DNA from: Chloroflexota bacterium
GTDB lineage: Bacteria > Chloroflexota > Dehalococcoidia > GIF9 > AB-539-J10
DNA: 64,000 nt
NCBI GenBank assembly: GCA_013388845.1
Contig: JACAEN010000009.1
Location: forward strand, 13,767-77,766
Direction of reading: 5' to 3'
Shown: positions 1 through 9,434 of the stretch, piece after piece
Layout of the letters: each line of letters starts with the position of its first letter
Numbering within the stretch: position 1 is the stretch's first letter
Notes under the pieces: generated by a model
Told to the model about the DNA's origin: nothing
The model's database searches: none
The model's input: the letters and a program-made list of their open reading frames with translations, nothing else
Translations under genes and position numbers: made by a program

Positions 1-1057
1 AACCCAGCACCAGCTTCTCAGCGACTTCCTGGTTGAATTCCAAAGCTATCAGGAGTCCCCGCCCTCTCACCTCGGTGATGAAATCAAACCCCTGCTTCAA
101 GCTCTCCAGCCTGGTCATGAAATAGCTTCCCACCCGTTTAACCTGTGCCGGTATGTCGTGGTTAATGATGTATTTCAAGGTGGCATAAGCAGCGGCACAA
201 ACCAGTGGGTTGCCACCAAAGGTCGAGCCATGCTCGCCGGGGGAGAAAACGGAGACCTCTTCCTTGGCTAGGAGAGCACCAATAGGTACACCGCCACCCA
301 GCCCTTTAGCCAGAGTCATTATGTCGGGCTCAACCCCATACTGCTCATAGGCGAAAAGGGTTCCGGTGCGACCAATGCCGGTCTGGACTTCATCCAAAAT
401 GAAAAGGATTCCCTTTCCCCGACACCAGTTTTGGACCTTTCGGAGGTAATCATCATCAGGCACGTTGACCCCACCTTCCCCCTGAATGGGCTCCAGTACT
501 ACGGCACAAGTTCGTTCGTTAGTTGCTCGCTTGATGGCCTCGACATTGTTATAGTCCACATTGACAAAGCCGTCAGGGAGGGGAATGTAAGGTTCCTGAA
601 ACTTACTTTGCCCTGTGGCAGCAGTCATAGCTAAAGTTCGCCCGTGAAAAGAGCTATAAGTAGTAATGACCTCATAGGCACCATTGAGTCGGAGTTTTCC
701 ATATCTGCGAGCTAGTTTCACTGCCCCTTCGTTGGCTTCAGCACCGCTATTGCAGAAGAAAACCCTGTCCAGACAACTGTTTTCCACTAAGAGCTGAGCC
801 AACTCTATCTGAGGAATGGTATAAAACTGGTTGGACGCTTGGATTAAGATTTTGGCTTGCTTTTCCAGAGCTTTGACGACCACGGGAGGGCAATGTCCCA
901 AGCTATTGACCGCCCAGCCGCCAACGAAGTCCAAATATTTTCGGCTCTGGTCATCCCAAACCCAAGCTCCTTGACCGCGCACCAAAGTCACCGGAACTCT
1001 ATACGCTGTTCTCAGAAATAGCTTCTGTTCTAGCTCCTGCCACTTATTCTGGGACAA
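1..1057 (-). CDS. argD: Acetylornithine aminotransferase, class III PLP enzyme. Partial: the C-terminus runs off the window start. Start inferred as TTG at 1057 with upstream AAGAGGT.
   Basis: Manual minus-strand translation gives ...VRGQGAWVWDDQSRKYLDFVGGWAVNSLGHCPP...DEVQTGIGRTG..., the aminotransferase class III signature. It lies directly downstream of argJ-argB on the same strand. It is absent from the ORF track because it is open at the window edge. Confidence 0.8.
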   Translation of the reverse strand, partial: MSQNKWQELEQKLFLRTAYRVPVTLVRGQGAWVWDDQSRKYLDFVGGWAVNSLGHCPPVVVKALEKQAKILIQASNQFYTIPQIELAQLLVENSCLDRVFFCNSGAEANEGAVKLARRYGKLRLNGAYEVITTYSSFHGRTLAMTAATGQSKFQEPYIPLPDGFVNVDYNNVEAIKRATNERTCAVVLEPIQGEGGVNVPDDDYLRKVQNWCRGKGILFILDEVQTGIGRTGTLFAYEQYGVEPDIMTLAKGLGGGVPIGALLAKEEVSVFSPGEHGSTFGGNPLVCAAAYATLKYIINHDIPAQVKRVGSYFMTRLESLKQGFDFITEVRGRGLLIALEFNQEVAEKLVLG

Positions 1058-1838
1058 TTGTCGTACCTCTTAATTGGCTTTGCTTAGCCTTTCCGGCAAC
1101 TTCGCGAAGCAAAGCGTGGGAGCCACGTCCATCCATGATGCGCACGACCTTCGTGGTAGTTAGGGCTCGAAGGCTGGCTTCTATTTTAGGAACCATGCCC
1201 CCTGAAGCAACACCGGAAGCGAGCATGTCCCTAGCCTGAGCTAGATTGAGCCTGGGTATCGCCTTCCCCGAGTTGTCATAGATGCCATCGACGTCAGTCA
1301 GGAATATGAGCTTTTCCGCAGCTAACGCCGCGGCAATCTCTCCAGCTGCGGTATCTCCATTAACATTGAGCAGCGTCACCTTCCCTTCGACCGAGCCATA
1401 GCTTACTGGCGCCACCACTGGCATATAGCCGGCATTCAGCAACAACTTCAAAGGAGCAGGGTCAACAGAGACAATTTCACCGACATAGCCCAGCTCGGGA
1501 CTCTTGACAGTTGCCCACAGCAAGTTGCCGTCACAGCCACTCAGTCCAACTGCCTTTCCCCCCAGAGCTTGGATAGCCACCACCAGTTCTTTGTTGACCA
1601 GACCACCCAATGCCGCCGCCACCACCTTCAAGGTCTCGACATCAGTGACCCTCAAGCCATTCACAAAGCTGGTGGGAATGCCCAGCCGAGCCAGCCATTC
1701 CGTAGTCACCTTGGCACCGCCATGAACCACTACTAAAGACTTACCCTGTTTCTGAAGCTCTACTAGGTCTTCTAGAGTGGTATCATGGCTGCCCAGCGTG
1801 CTACCGCCAATCTTGATTACTATGATTCCTTTTTGCAT
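1044..1838 (-). CDS. argB: Acetylglutamate kinase
   Basis: 264 aa. IKIGGS N-terminus and amino-acid-kinase fold motifs (VVVHGGG-like; GDTAAGEIAAAL). Sits between argJ and argD. Confidence 0.9.
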   Translation of the reverse strand: MQKGIIVIKIGGSTLGSHDTTLEDLVELQKQGKSLVVVHGGAKVTTEWLARLGIPTSFVNGLRVTDVETLKVVAAALGGLVNKELVVAIQALGGKAVGLSGCDGNLLWATVKSPELGYVGEIVSVDPAPLKLLLNAGYMPVVAPVSYGSVEGKVTLLNVNGDTAAGEIAAALAAEKLIFLTDVDGIYDNSGKAIPRLNLAQARDMLASGVASGGMVPKIEASLRALTTTKVVRIMDGRGSHALLREVAGKAKQSQLRGTTIVPE

Positions 1839-3037
1839 TATGTCGTATACGCGCTGTTAATAGTAACATATTCCTCAGAGAGGTCGCAGCCCCAGGCGGT
1901 AGCCTGGCCGTCTCCCAAATTCAGACAGAGCTTTATGAGCACATTATCGTTATTGCGCAAAGCCGATATCATCTCGTCCTTGCTAAATAGGGCAGGACAG
2001 CCCTGCTTCATGACACGAATGTCATTCAAATAAACATCTAATCTGTCTTCTCTCACCCTGGCTCCACTTCGTCCTAAGGCAGCCACGATACGCCCCCAGT
2101 TAGGGTCGTTGCCATGGATGGCAGCTTTCACCAGCGGTGAACCAGCGACAGCGCGAGCTGCCTGGCGAGCCTCATTCTGATCCTTTGCCCTCTCCACTGT
2201 GACTTCAATGAGTTTTGTGGCTCCCTCTCCATCCCGGGCAATAGACTTGGCCAGATGAGTACACACTGCATTTAAGGCTTCTTGAAAAGCGTCGCCATTA
2301 TCGAAGTCAATGGGCTGGTTGCCCGCCAGGCCATTGGCTAATAAGAACACACAGTCGCTGGGACTGGTATCGCCATCGATGCTTACCATGTTGAAAGAGT
2401 AATCCACTGCCTTTTTTAAGGCCGTTTGCAGAAAATCGGGGCTCACCACAGCATCGCTGGCGATAAAACAAAGCATGGTAGCTAGGTTGGGGTGGAGCAT
2501 GCCTGCCCCTTTAGCCACCCCGCCAATCGTGACCTTAACTCCTTTCATATCTATCTGAACTGCCATCTCTTTAGGTCTGGTATCGGTGGTCATTATTGCC
2601 CGGCAAAAATCGTGACCTCCGTCCTTAGTTAGCTTTATCTTGGGAATGCCAGCCCTGATTTTGTCCATAGGCAAAGGCACACCAATAACGCCAGTACTGG
2701 CGACAAGGACTTCCTCAGGAGATATATCTATCTTGGCTGCGGCTAGATTGGCCATTCCCGCGGCATCCGTTAGTCCCCGCTCACCCACACAGGCATTGGC
2801 ACAACCAGAATTCACCACTACAGCCTGCGCTCGGCCTTTTGTTATACGCTTCTGAGATAGGATAACAGGTGCTGATTTGATTTGGCTGGTAGTAAAAACG
2901 CCAGCCGCCTTGCAGGGCGCTTGAGAACAAAGAATAGCTAAATCAAGTTCGTCTTTACTTTTTATACCGGCTCGAACCGCCCCGGCCAGGAATCCTGAAG
3001 CTGAGGTAATGCTGCCTGAAGGAATCAGGTTAGCCAT
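1838..3037 (-). CDS. argJ: Bifunctional glutamate N-acetyltransferase / ornithine acetyltransferase ArgJ. Start taken at the internal Met of MANLIPSG; the ORF-track start at 3082 adds 15 unlikely residues.
   Basis: ATML autoproteolysis motif and TTDT motif. Length is about 400 aa. Confidence 0.88.
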   Translation of the reverse strand: MANLIPSGSITSASGFLAGAVRAGIKSKDELDLAILCSQAPCKAAGVFTTSQIKSAPVILSQKRITKGRAQAVVVNSGCANACVGERGLTDAAGMANLAAAKIDISPEEVLVASTGVIGVPLPMDKIRAGIPKIKLTKDGGHDFCRAIMTTDTRPKEMAVQIDMKGVKVTIGGVAKGAGMLHPNLATMLCFIASDAVVSPDFLQTALKKAVDYSFNMVSIDGDTSPSDCVFLLANGLAGNQPIDFDNGDAFQEALNAVCTHLAKSIARDGEGATKLIEVTVERAKDQNEARQAARAVAGSPLVKAAIHGNDPNWGRIVAALGRSGARVREDRLDVYLNDIRVMKQGCPALFSKDEMISALRNNDNVLIKLCLNLGDGQATAWGCDLSEEYVTINSAYTT

Positions 3038-3136
3038 AGAATTCAAATATAACAAGAAATGGGGACAGCGTCTATTTCCCACGCCCTTGCGGCCCAGGTA
3101 ATCTTTTTCTACATTGCTTCGCTGCTCAGGCTTGAC

Positions 3137-6100
3137 CTACCGCTCAAGCCTGAGGTTGCTTTCTCCTACTATCTTGCTCAATTCTCTAGCTAATTCAGGG
3201 CAGTAATCTATTGTTGTCTCCGGTATCTCCAGGTTAGTCACTTCATCATCGCTGACGACAGCCAAGGAAACCTTATCTTGCCCGGGATAATTTTTGAGGA
3301 TGTTCATAATCTTCTGGAGGCGTTCGATGTCTTTTTCTGCATCGTCCGATTGGTTGATATCTATCATAACATGGCGCCGCTGGGGTTCCTTTAGCACTTC
3401 CTGCCTTGCCGGGAGGAGACTTGCCTCTTGGCAGTTCAATTGTACTTCCCCGTCTCTGACCTTCACTACGCCCTTGATGGTGAGGATATTACCTTCCTGC
3501 CACAGCCCCTGCGTGCTCTCGTAGAGTTTGGGCCAGGCGATGACCTCAATACTGGCATCCAAATCCTCAATTGAGGCGACAATAAAAGGACGTTTATCTC
3601 GGGTATAGGCTTGCCGCACCGAGACCACCATCCCCGTGACCGTAACCATTTCATCAGCCATGTCGGCATTGATTTCGCCGCAGGAAATAATGCCTGGCGA
3701 GGCCGGTTCTTTGGCGAGGAAATCAAGTGGTTGAGAGAAATATACCCCAAGGAGCTCTCTTTCCCACATAAGTTTTTGCTTGACGGATACCTCTTCCGCA
3801 GCTTGCTTGAAGCCAACGCGTGGGGTTGGAGAGCTTGGAGCCAGAAAATCAAACATGCTCATTTGTCCCGATTCCTTGGCTTTTTGCTCCGTTTGGGCCA
3901 GCGCCACAATCTTATTCAAGGACTCCAGGAGTGTCTTACGGCTGCCCAAAGGGTCAAACGCACCAACTTTGATCAAGCTTTCCAATACTTTCTTATTGAT
4001 GTTACGAAGGTCAGTTCGATAGCAGAAGTCTTCTACGGACTTAAAGTCGCCCCCGGAGTTCCGGCCAGATAAGATATGCTCAATCGGAGAAAAGCCAACA
4101 TTTTTGATAGAAGCCAGTCCAAAGCGGATGGCGGAATTATTTTCATCATCCTTTTCAATGACGAAGCTGGCATAGCTCCTATTAATGTCCGGCGGTAGGA
4201 CTTTGATGCCCAGCCTCCGGCATTCAGCAATCGCTGAACGGATCTTATCCATATTATCTGAATAAGTATTGAGAAAAGCGGTCATATATTCGACGGGATA
4301 ATTTGCCTTCAGATAGGCGGTGCGATAGGCAATGAGGGCGTAGCTAACGCTGTGGGCTTTGTTGAAAGCGTAACCAGCGAAAGGCTCAATTAGAGCAAAT
4401 ATCTCCTTGGCTAATTCTGGCGATATGCCCTTTTTTCTCGCTCCGGCGATGAAATTGCGCTCCTCTTTCTTCATTACCTCAGGTATCTTCTTCCCCATAG
4501 CCTTACGAAGGATGTCAGCCTGTCCCAGACTATAGCCGGCTAGAGCTTGGGCGATAAATATTACTTGCTCCTGATAAACGATAACTCCGTAAGTTTCTTT
4601 GAGAATCTCTTTTAGAATAGGATGGGGATAACGAATAGGAGCAACACCCTGCTTGGCTTTAATAAAAGTGGGAATTTGTTCCATGGGGCCAGGGCGATAG
4701 AGCGCCACCATAGCCGCGATATCGCTAAAGCTGGTGGGCTTAAGCTCCTTGATATAGCGTCGCATCCCGGCGCTCTCCAGTTGGAAGATGCCTTTAGTTT
4801 CCCCCGAGGCAAGCAACTCAAAGGTCTTGCTGTCGTCGAGAGGAATACGCTGGAAATCTAAAGAGATTCCCCGATTTTGAGCAATAATCTCCTTAACTTT
4901 CGCCAGAATTGTCAAATTGGATAATCCTAAGAAGTCCATTTTTAACAGCCCTAGGCGGGCGATGTTCCCCATGTGAAATTGAGTCATGATCCCGACTTGT
5001 CGGGACTCACCCTTTCCCAGCAGTTGTAATGGCACATATTCTATTAAAGGCTCATGCGCGATAACCACACCGGCGGCATGGGTGCTGAAGTGCCTGACCA
5101 TCCCCTCCAATTTCTTAGCCGAGTCAATCAGGTTCCGTATGGCGTCATCCTGGTGATAAATTTCATAAAGCTCTCGACTCTGTTCTAGAGCTTTATCCAG
5201 AGTGATAGTCAACTCCAGAGGGATGAGCCGAGCTACTCGGTCAACCTGAGCATAGGGCATTCCTAGGGCTCGCCCTGTGTCTCTTATCGCGGCTCTGGCT
5301 CCCATGGTGCCAAAGGTAATAATCTGGGCCACATGGTCGGAGCCATATTTTTGGTTGACGTAAGCCAAAACTTCGTCGCGACGGTCGTCCTGAAAATCAA
5401 GGTCAATGTCCGGGAGCTCACGGCGCTCGACATTAAGGAATCGCTCGAAAACAAGGCCGTATGCCAGCGGGTCTATATCAGTGACGCCCAGACAATAAAG
5501 AGCCAAACTGGCAGCAGCGCTTCCCCGAACGCCGAAATAGATGCCCCGTTGTCTGGCGAATGAGATTATGTCCCAAACAACGAGGAAGTAATGGGCGAAC
5601 TTTGTCTTTTGGATGACATCGAGCTCATGGCTAAGCCGTTCCCTGACCTCCGAGGCGGGCTTTAGGTAGCGTTTTTCCAAGCCCTGCCAGCAAAGCTCAG
5701 CCAGGAACTCATCAGCTTTTCTGCCCGGAGGCAACTCCACACGCGGCAGATGTAGCTTGGTAAAATCCAGCTCCAGCTGACACATGTCAGCAATGGCTTG
5801 AGTATTCTCCATAGCCTGAGGTAAGTCGGGAAACAATGATTCCACCTCTTCGGGGCTTTTCAGGTAGAAGAAATCGCCAGCCATCTTCAGCCTTTTTTCA
5901 TCATACACAGAGGTATTGGTCTGGATACACAACAGAAGCTCATGGGTGGGGGCGTCTTTCTTATCAACGTAATGCACATCAAAGGTGGCGACCAAGGGTA
6001 TACTGAGCTTCGTAGATAGCGAAACAAGCTCCTGGTTGATTTGTTCTAGTTCAGGGATAGGATGTCTTTGAATCTCCAGATAGTAATCGTCGAAAACTTC

Positions 6101-6589
6101 CTTGTACCACGAAGCTGCCCTGGCCAGCTCATCGCCTCGCCTTTCGAGGATAAGTCGAGCCAGTTCCCCATGCGCACACCCCGAAAGGGCAATAAGCCCG
6201 TCATGATGAAGCTTGAGAAGTTCTTTGTCTACCCTGGGCTTATAGTAAAATCCCTCAAGGTGGCTTTTAGTAACCAACTGGAGCAGATTGCGGTAGCCCT
6301 TTTCATTCTTGACCAGTAAAGTAAGATGATAGGGGTTTTTGTAGGCTGGCTCTCGGCTATGGCAATCGGTCTCGGCGACATAGACTTCGCAGCCAATGAT
6401 TGGTTTTATACCTGCTTCCCTAGCTGCCACATAAAAATCGATGACGCCATACATGGCGCCGTGGTCAGTGATAGCTAGGCTGTCCATGCCCGACTCTTTG
6501 GTCCGCTCAATCAGCTGAGAAATACGGCACATGCCATCGAGCAAGCTATATTCAGTGTGGACATGAAGGTGGGCAAACTTCTGTGGCAT
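3137..6589 (-). CDS. dnaE: DNA polymerase III alpha subunit
   Basis: 1150 aa. N-terminal PHP domain (HLHVHTEYSLLDG), polymerase core, C-terminal OB fold. Confidence 0.95.
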   Translation of the reverse strand: MPQKFAHLHVHTEYSLLDGMCRISQLIERTKESGMDSLAITDHGAMYGVIDFYVAAREAGIKPIIGCEVYVAETDCHSREPAYKNPYHLTLLVKNEKGYRNLLQLVTKSHLEGFYYKPRVDKELLKLHHDGLIALSGCAHGELARLILERRGDELARAASWYKEVFDDYYLEIQRHPIPELEQINQELVSLSTKLSIPLVATFDVHYVDKKDAPTHELLLCIQTNTSVYDEKRLKMAGDFFYLKSPEEVESLFPDLPQAMENTQAIADMCQLELDFTKLHLPRVELPPGRKADEFLAELCWQGLEKRYLKPASEVRERLSHELDVIQKTKFAHYFLVVWDIISFARQRGIYFGVRGSAAASLALYCLGVTDIDPLAYGLVFERFLNVERRELPDIDLDFQDDRRDEVLAYVNQKYGSDHVAQIITFGTMGARAAIRDTGRALGMPYAQVDRVARLIPLELTITLDKALEQSRELYEIYHQDDAIRNLIDSAKKLEGMVRHFSTHAAGVVIAHEPLIEYVPLQLLGKGESRQVGIMTQFHMGNIARLGLLKMDFLGLSNLTILAKVKEIIAQNRGISLDFQRIPLDDSKTFELLASGETKGIFQLESAGMRRYIKELKPTSFSDIAAMVALYRPGPMEQIPTFIKAKQGVAPIRYPHPILKEILKETYGVIVYQEQVIFIAQALAGYSLGQADILRKAMGKKIPEVMKKEERNFIAGARKKGISPELAKEIFALIEPFAGYAFNKAHSVSYALIAYRTAYLKANYPVEYMTAFLNTYSDNMDKIRSAIAECRRLGIKVLPPDINRSYASFVIEKDDENNSAIRFGLASIKNVGFSPIEHILSGRNSGGDFKSVEDFCYRTDLRNINKKVLESLIKVGAFDPLGSRKTLLESLNKIVALAQTEQKAKESGQMSMFDFLAPSSPTPRVGFKQAAEEVSVKQKLMWERELLGVYFSQPLDFLAKEPASPGIISCGEINADMADEMVTVTGMVVSVRQAYTRDKRPFIVASIEDLDASIEVIAWPKLYESTQGLWQEGNILTIKGVVKVRDGEVQLNCQEASLLPARQEVLKEPQRRHVMIDINQSDDAEKDIERLQKIMNILKNYPGQDKVSLAVVSDDEVTNLEIPETTIDYCPELARELSKIVGESNLRLER

Positions 6590-6899
6590 TGATTAAATTA
6601 TAACATTTGAGCTGAGGGCACCAAACGAGGAATTTCTAGCTATCAAAAATTTCTTTACTATCACCATGGGCATCTTTATCTATAATCAGCCGCATAAATC
6701 CTGACACAATTTTACCGGTCAGTGCGAGCCCCGACCTATCGGGCGTGCCAAGCCGCCAGAGCCTCTATAGAGGAGCCCCTCGTGTGCTGCCGCAAAGGTG
6801 AAAGGGGGACAAGCCTCCCCCCTACGAAAGTAGGATTACTAATGGGCGATTGACAGGGAAGCGAACGACTCCTAGACTATATTTAGTTAGTCTTAGGGG

Positions 6900-7130
6900 G
6901 TGTTGCATATGCCTGTAAAAATAAATGGCCGAATTTATTATAGGACTGCTGAAGTTTGCCAGATGGTTGGCATAGGTAAGAGCACTCTGTTCCGCTGGAT
7001 CAGGCAAAACATCATAAAGGATGCTGAATATAGGGACAGAAAAGGGTGGAGGCTGTTCGCAGAGGACGAAGTCCTAAATCTTAAGGCAGAGACTAACAAA
7101 ATTCAGAGGAACCGTCTGGTCAAGGTGTAA
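6900..7130 (+). CDS. Small helix-turn-helix DNA-binding protein, excisionase/AlpA-like HTH_17 family
   Basis: 76 aa with YYRTAEVCQMVGIGKSTLFRWIRQN (HTH). RBS AGGGGG 8 nt upstream of ATG. Confidence 0.6.
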   Translation: MLHMPVKINGRIYYRTAEVCQMVGIGKSTLFRWIRQNIIKDAEYRDRKGWRLFAEDEVLNLKAETNKIQRNRLVKV

Positions 7131-7176
7131 AAATGTTCAATGGCAGTATGGAGAAACAAATGCAAGGAGGTGCATC

Positions 7177-7647
7177 GTGGTGACAACCGTGACTGAGAGT
7201 AAACAAGTCAGAAAGGTGGTCAGCAAAGACGAGAAACGGATAGGCAAGCTCGTTCCCGAGGTCCCTGAGGAGGAGAGAGACCCTCTTGACGAGCTGATGA
7301 ACCAGGCTCAAGCCGCTTATATGTCCTATGTGCAAGCTCAGAAAAAGGTAGCGGCAGCATATCAAGAACGCCAACGCCAATATGAGGAAGCTTATAAAGA
7401 AATTGAAGAGCACGCGGCTAAAATTTGTGCCGAAGCCATAGAAAAAGCCGAGCGAGCTCTGGAAAAGGCGGAACAGGAAGCCGAAGAAGCGTATATGAAA
7501 GCGAAAATGAAAGCGAACAAGGTTTACCAGGACACCGTGAATGAAGCATTGAGAGTACGGGACGAGACCATTGCGAAAGCCTGGGAAGAAACTAAAAGAA
7601 ATTCAGAGAAAATCTGGAAGATCTTTCAGGGCGAAATCAAGAGATAG
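7177..7647 (+). CDS. Coiled-coil protein of unknown function (E/K/A-rich)
   Basis: 156 aa. GTG start preceded by AAGGAGG. Low-complexity heptad-like sequence EAYKEIEEHAAKICAEAIEKAERALEKAEQEAEEAY. Confidence 0.5.
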   Translation: MVTTVTESKQVRKVVSKDEKRIGKLVPEVPEEERDPLDELMNQAQAAYMSYVQAQKKVAAAYQERQRQYEEAYKEIEEHAAKICAEAIEKAERALEKAEQEAEEAYMKAKMKANKVYQDTVNEALRVRDETIAKAWEETKRNSEKIWKIFQGEIKR

Positions 7648-7740
7648 AAATATAGTGGAATATCATGAAATGAACGAGATGGAGCTGTTGCATAGGCACC
7701 CTTATCATCATTACGTCCTATGTGAAAGGTAGGTGAAATT

Positions 7741-8808
7741 ATGGGTACTACCGTTAAAGACGACGTCCTTGTGCTGGGAGGGCGTGAATTCAAGCGAGTA
7801 AAAATCGGGCTAGACGAGGCTCAGGTAACATCTTTCATCAACGAGCTCATTAATGAGCGGGATAAACTGGCCAAAGCCTACGAGCATATCACATCTCTTA
7901 ACAGACTGGCAGAGAGGACCATTGTGGAAGCCGACAAGCTAGCCACGCAGATTAAGACAGAAGCCGCAGAACAAGCCAAAGCTCAGAGCGCTGCCATCAT
8001 AGATAAAGCTAAAGAGGAAGCTCGACAGTTGGCAGAGAAGAAAATAGCTGAAGCTGTAGCGCTGGCTAATGAACAGGCTAACGCAATCAAGGCCAAAGCC
8101 GAAGAGGAAGCAGCAAAGCTGCTAGAGAACGAGAAAAATAAAATCCGGGCTGAACTACGCAACCTTGTGAATCAACAATTCGGTTATATGCTGGAAGAAC
8201 TGGAAAACCTTAAGCGGCAGGCTGCCGCAGTACAGGCCAATTTTGACAATAAGTTGTCTGAGCCCAGGGTAGAGAGCAGCGCAGCAGCTGCGAAAATCGC
8301 AGAGGAGAAAGACACCGTAGTCGCCAAAATCGCAGAAAAAAGAGACGCCACAGCCGCGGAAACTGCGAAGGAGAGCGCCGCCATAGTTGCCGAAGAGATT
8401 AAGAAGACACTCGAAGCACACCCGGAGCCAAGTCGGACTATGAACCAAATTGAAAAAAGCTCCGATCTATCAAACCTATTTCAGATTGAAGACCAAGTAG
8501 AGTTGGGCAAGCCACAATGGGAAGTGGAAATCCTGCCTCCATTTGAGATAGCCAAAATCATGGAAGTCGTGTCCTTCCTTGACCAATTACCCGAAGTGGC
8601 CAATACTGAGATGATTGTACCTCAGATTGATATGCCTTCGATTCTGGTCTTTCTGCGTAAGCCCCTGAACCTTGTTGATGTGCTGCAAACAATCCCCGCA
8701 GTGGCTTATGTTGAAAAAATCACAACTGACCTGAATGCTACCAATAAAAAACCAAGAAAAGTCCGCATAACCCTCTCGGGGAACACAACGTCGCCGGGAA
8801 AGAAATAA
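7741..8808 (+). CDS. DivIVA-domain-like coiled-coil protein
   Basis: The N-terminus REFKRVKIGLDEAQVTSFINEL matches the DivIVA pattern F-K/R-x3-RGYD-x2-EV-x2-FL, followed by a long Ala/Glu/Lys coiled coil. RBS AGGTAGGTGA upstream. Confidence 0.5.
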   Translation: MGTTVKDDVLVLGGREFKRVKIGLDEAQVTSFINELINERDKLAKAYEHITSLNRLAERTIVEADKLATQIKTEAAEQAKAQSAAIIDKAKEEARQLAEKKIAEAVALANEQANAIKAKAEEEAAKLLENEKNKIRAELRNLVNQQFGYMLEELENLKRQAAAVQANFDNKLSEPRVESSAAAAKIAEEKDTVVAKIAEKRDATAAETAKESAAIVAEEIKKTLEAHPEPSRTMNQIEKSSDLSNLFQIEDQVELGKPQWEVEILPPFEIAKIMEVVSFLDQLPEVANTEMIVPQIDMPSILVFLRKPLNLVDVLQTIPAVAYVEKITTDLNATNKKPRKVRITLSGNTTSPGKK

Positions 8809-8836
8809 AGAACACACACGAAAACACCTAAGCCTC

Positions 8837-8867
8837 GGGCGGCATTCTATATGCCGCCCCTTTTTTG
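8837..8867 (+). terminator. Rho-independent terminator after the coiled-coil gene
   Basis: GGGCGGCAT-tctat-ATGCCGCCC stem-loop immediately followed by CTTTTTTGG. Confidence 0.7.
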
Positions 8868-9078
8868 GGCGGGGAATAAATCCCCACCCCGTGAAACTTC
8901 GTAGTGTGACTCTTCAGAGTCGTGCTTAATCTTCAGATTTCCATAGTTGCCTCGATTTCACCGGGGCTTGGCTGCCCCATCTTTTACAAGGACAGGCAAG
9001 GCTGTGGCAGGAAAATCTGACTGGATGCTTAAGCGTTGCCTAGAGAAAAATGTTGCCAGACGGTGACGATTCAAGTAG

Positions 9079-9153
9079 CGCGCCTAGAGGGATTCGAACC
9101 CACGACCCCCGGTTCCGAAGACCGGTGCTCTTGCTCCGCTGAGCTATAGGCGC
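9079..9153 (-). tRNA. tRNA-Arg (anticodon TCG)
   Basis: Hand-folded reverse complement: 7-bp acceptor stem GCGCCTA/TAGGCGC, D-stem GCTC/GAGC, anticodon stem CCGGT/ACCGG with loop CTTCGGA, T-loop TTCGAAT. The T-stem has one T-T mismatch. CCA is not encoded. Confidence 0.8.
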
Positions 9154-9163
9154 AAAAATAAAG

Positions 9164-9240
9164 TGGGGTGAACGGTGGGATTTGAACCCACGATCTCCAG
9201 GGCCACAACCTGGCGCCTTAACCACTGGGCTACGCTCACC
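9164..9240 (-). tRNA. tRNA-His (anticodon GTG) with encoded G-1 and encoded CCA
   Basis: Reverse complement reads GGTGAGCG...CCAGG-TTGTGGC-CCTGG...GTGGG-TTCAAAT-CCCAC-CGTTCAC-C-CCA. The extra 5' G pairs with C73, which is typical of bacterial tRNA-His. Confidence 0.9.
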
Positions 9241-9434
9241 ACAACCACAAATAATTATACTCCACAATGGCCGCTGCTTTCAATCTTAAAAACGAGCGAT
9301 TAGCTGCTAACATAGCAAATGTGATGCCTCAAGAGCTTGAGCACACCTCATCCTGAAAGCTCTCTGAGAACTAGTCTCCCTAAGGTAAGGAATCTTGTTG
9401 ACCTGTATGAACTAGCTAAAAAGTCTCTCCAGCT

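Noticed and set aside
3294-4230. Several 65-153-aa ORFs in the track (3294..3524 +, 3466..3852 -, 3611..4072 +, 3780..4022 +, 4033..4230 -) overlapping dnaE
   Set aside because: They lie antisense to or out of frame within the strongly supported 1150-aa dnaE. They have low-complexity, Arg/Ser/Pro-rich translations typical of shadow ORFs.
6720-6850. Candidate SRP RNA / RNase P RNA / tmRNA / riboswitch in the dnaE-HTH spacer
   Set aside because: None of the diagnostic conserved stretches were found on either strand. These were, for example, the SRP GGAAGCAGC-type domain IV motif, the RNase P GGAAAGUCCGG P4 motif, and a tmRNA tag ORF with a tRNA-like end. Reported only as an unclassified structured region.
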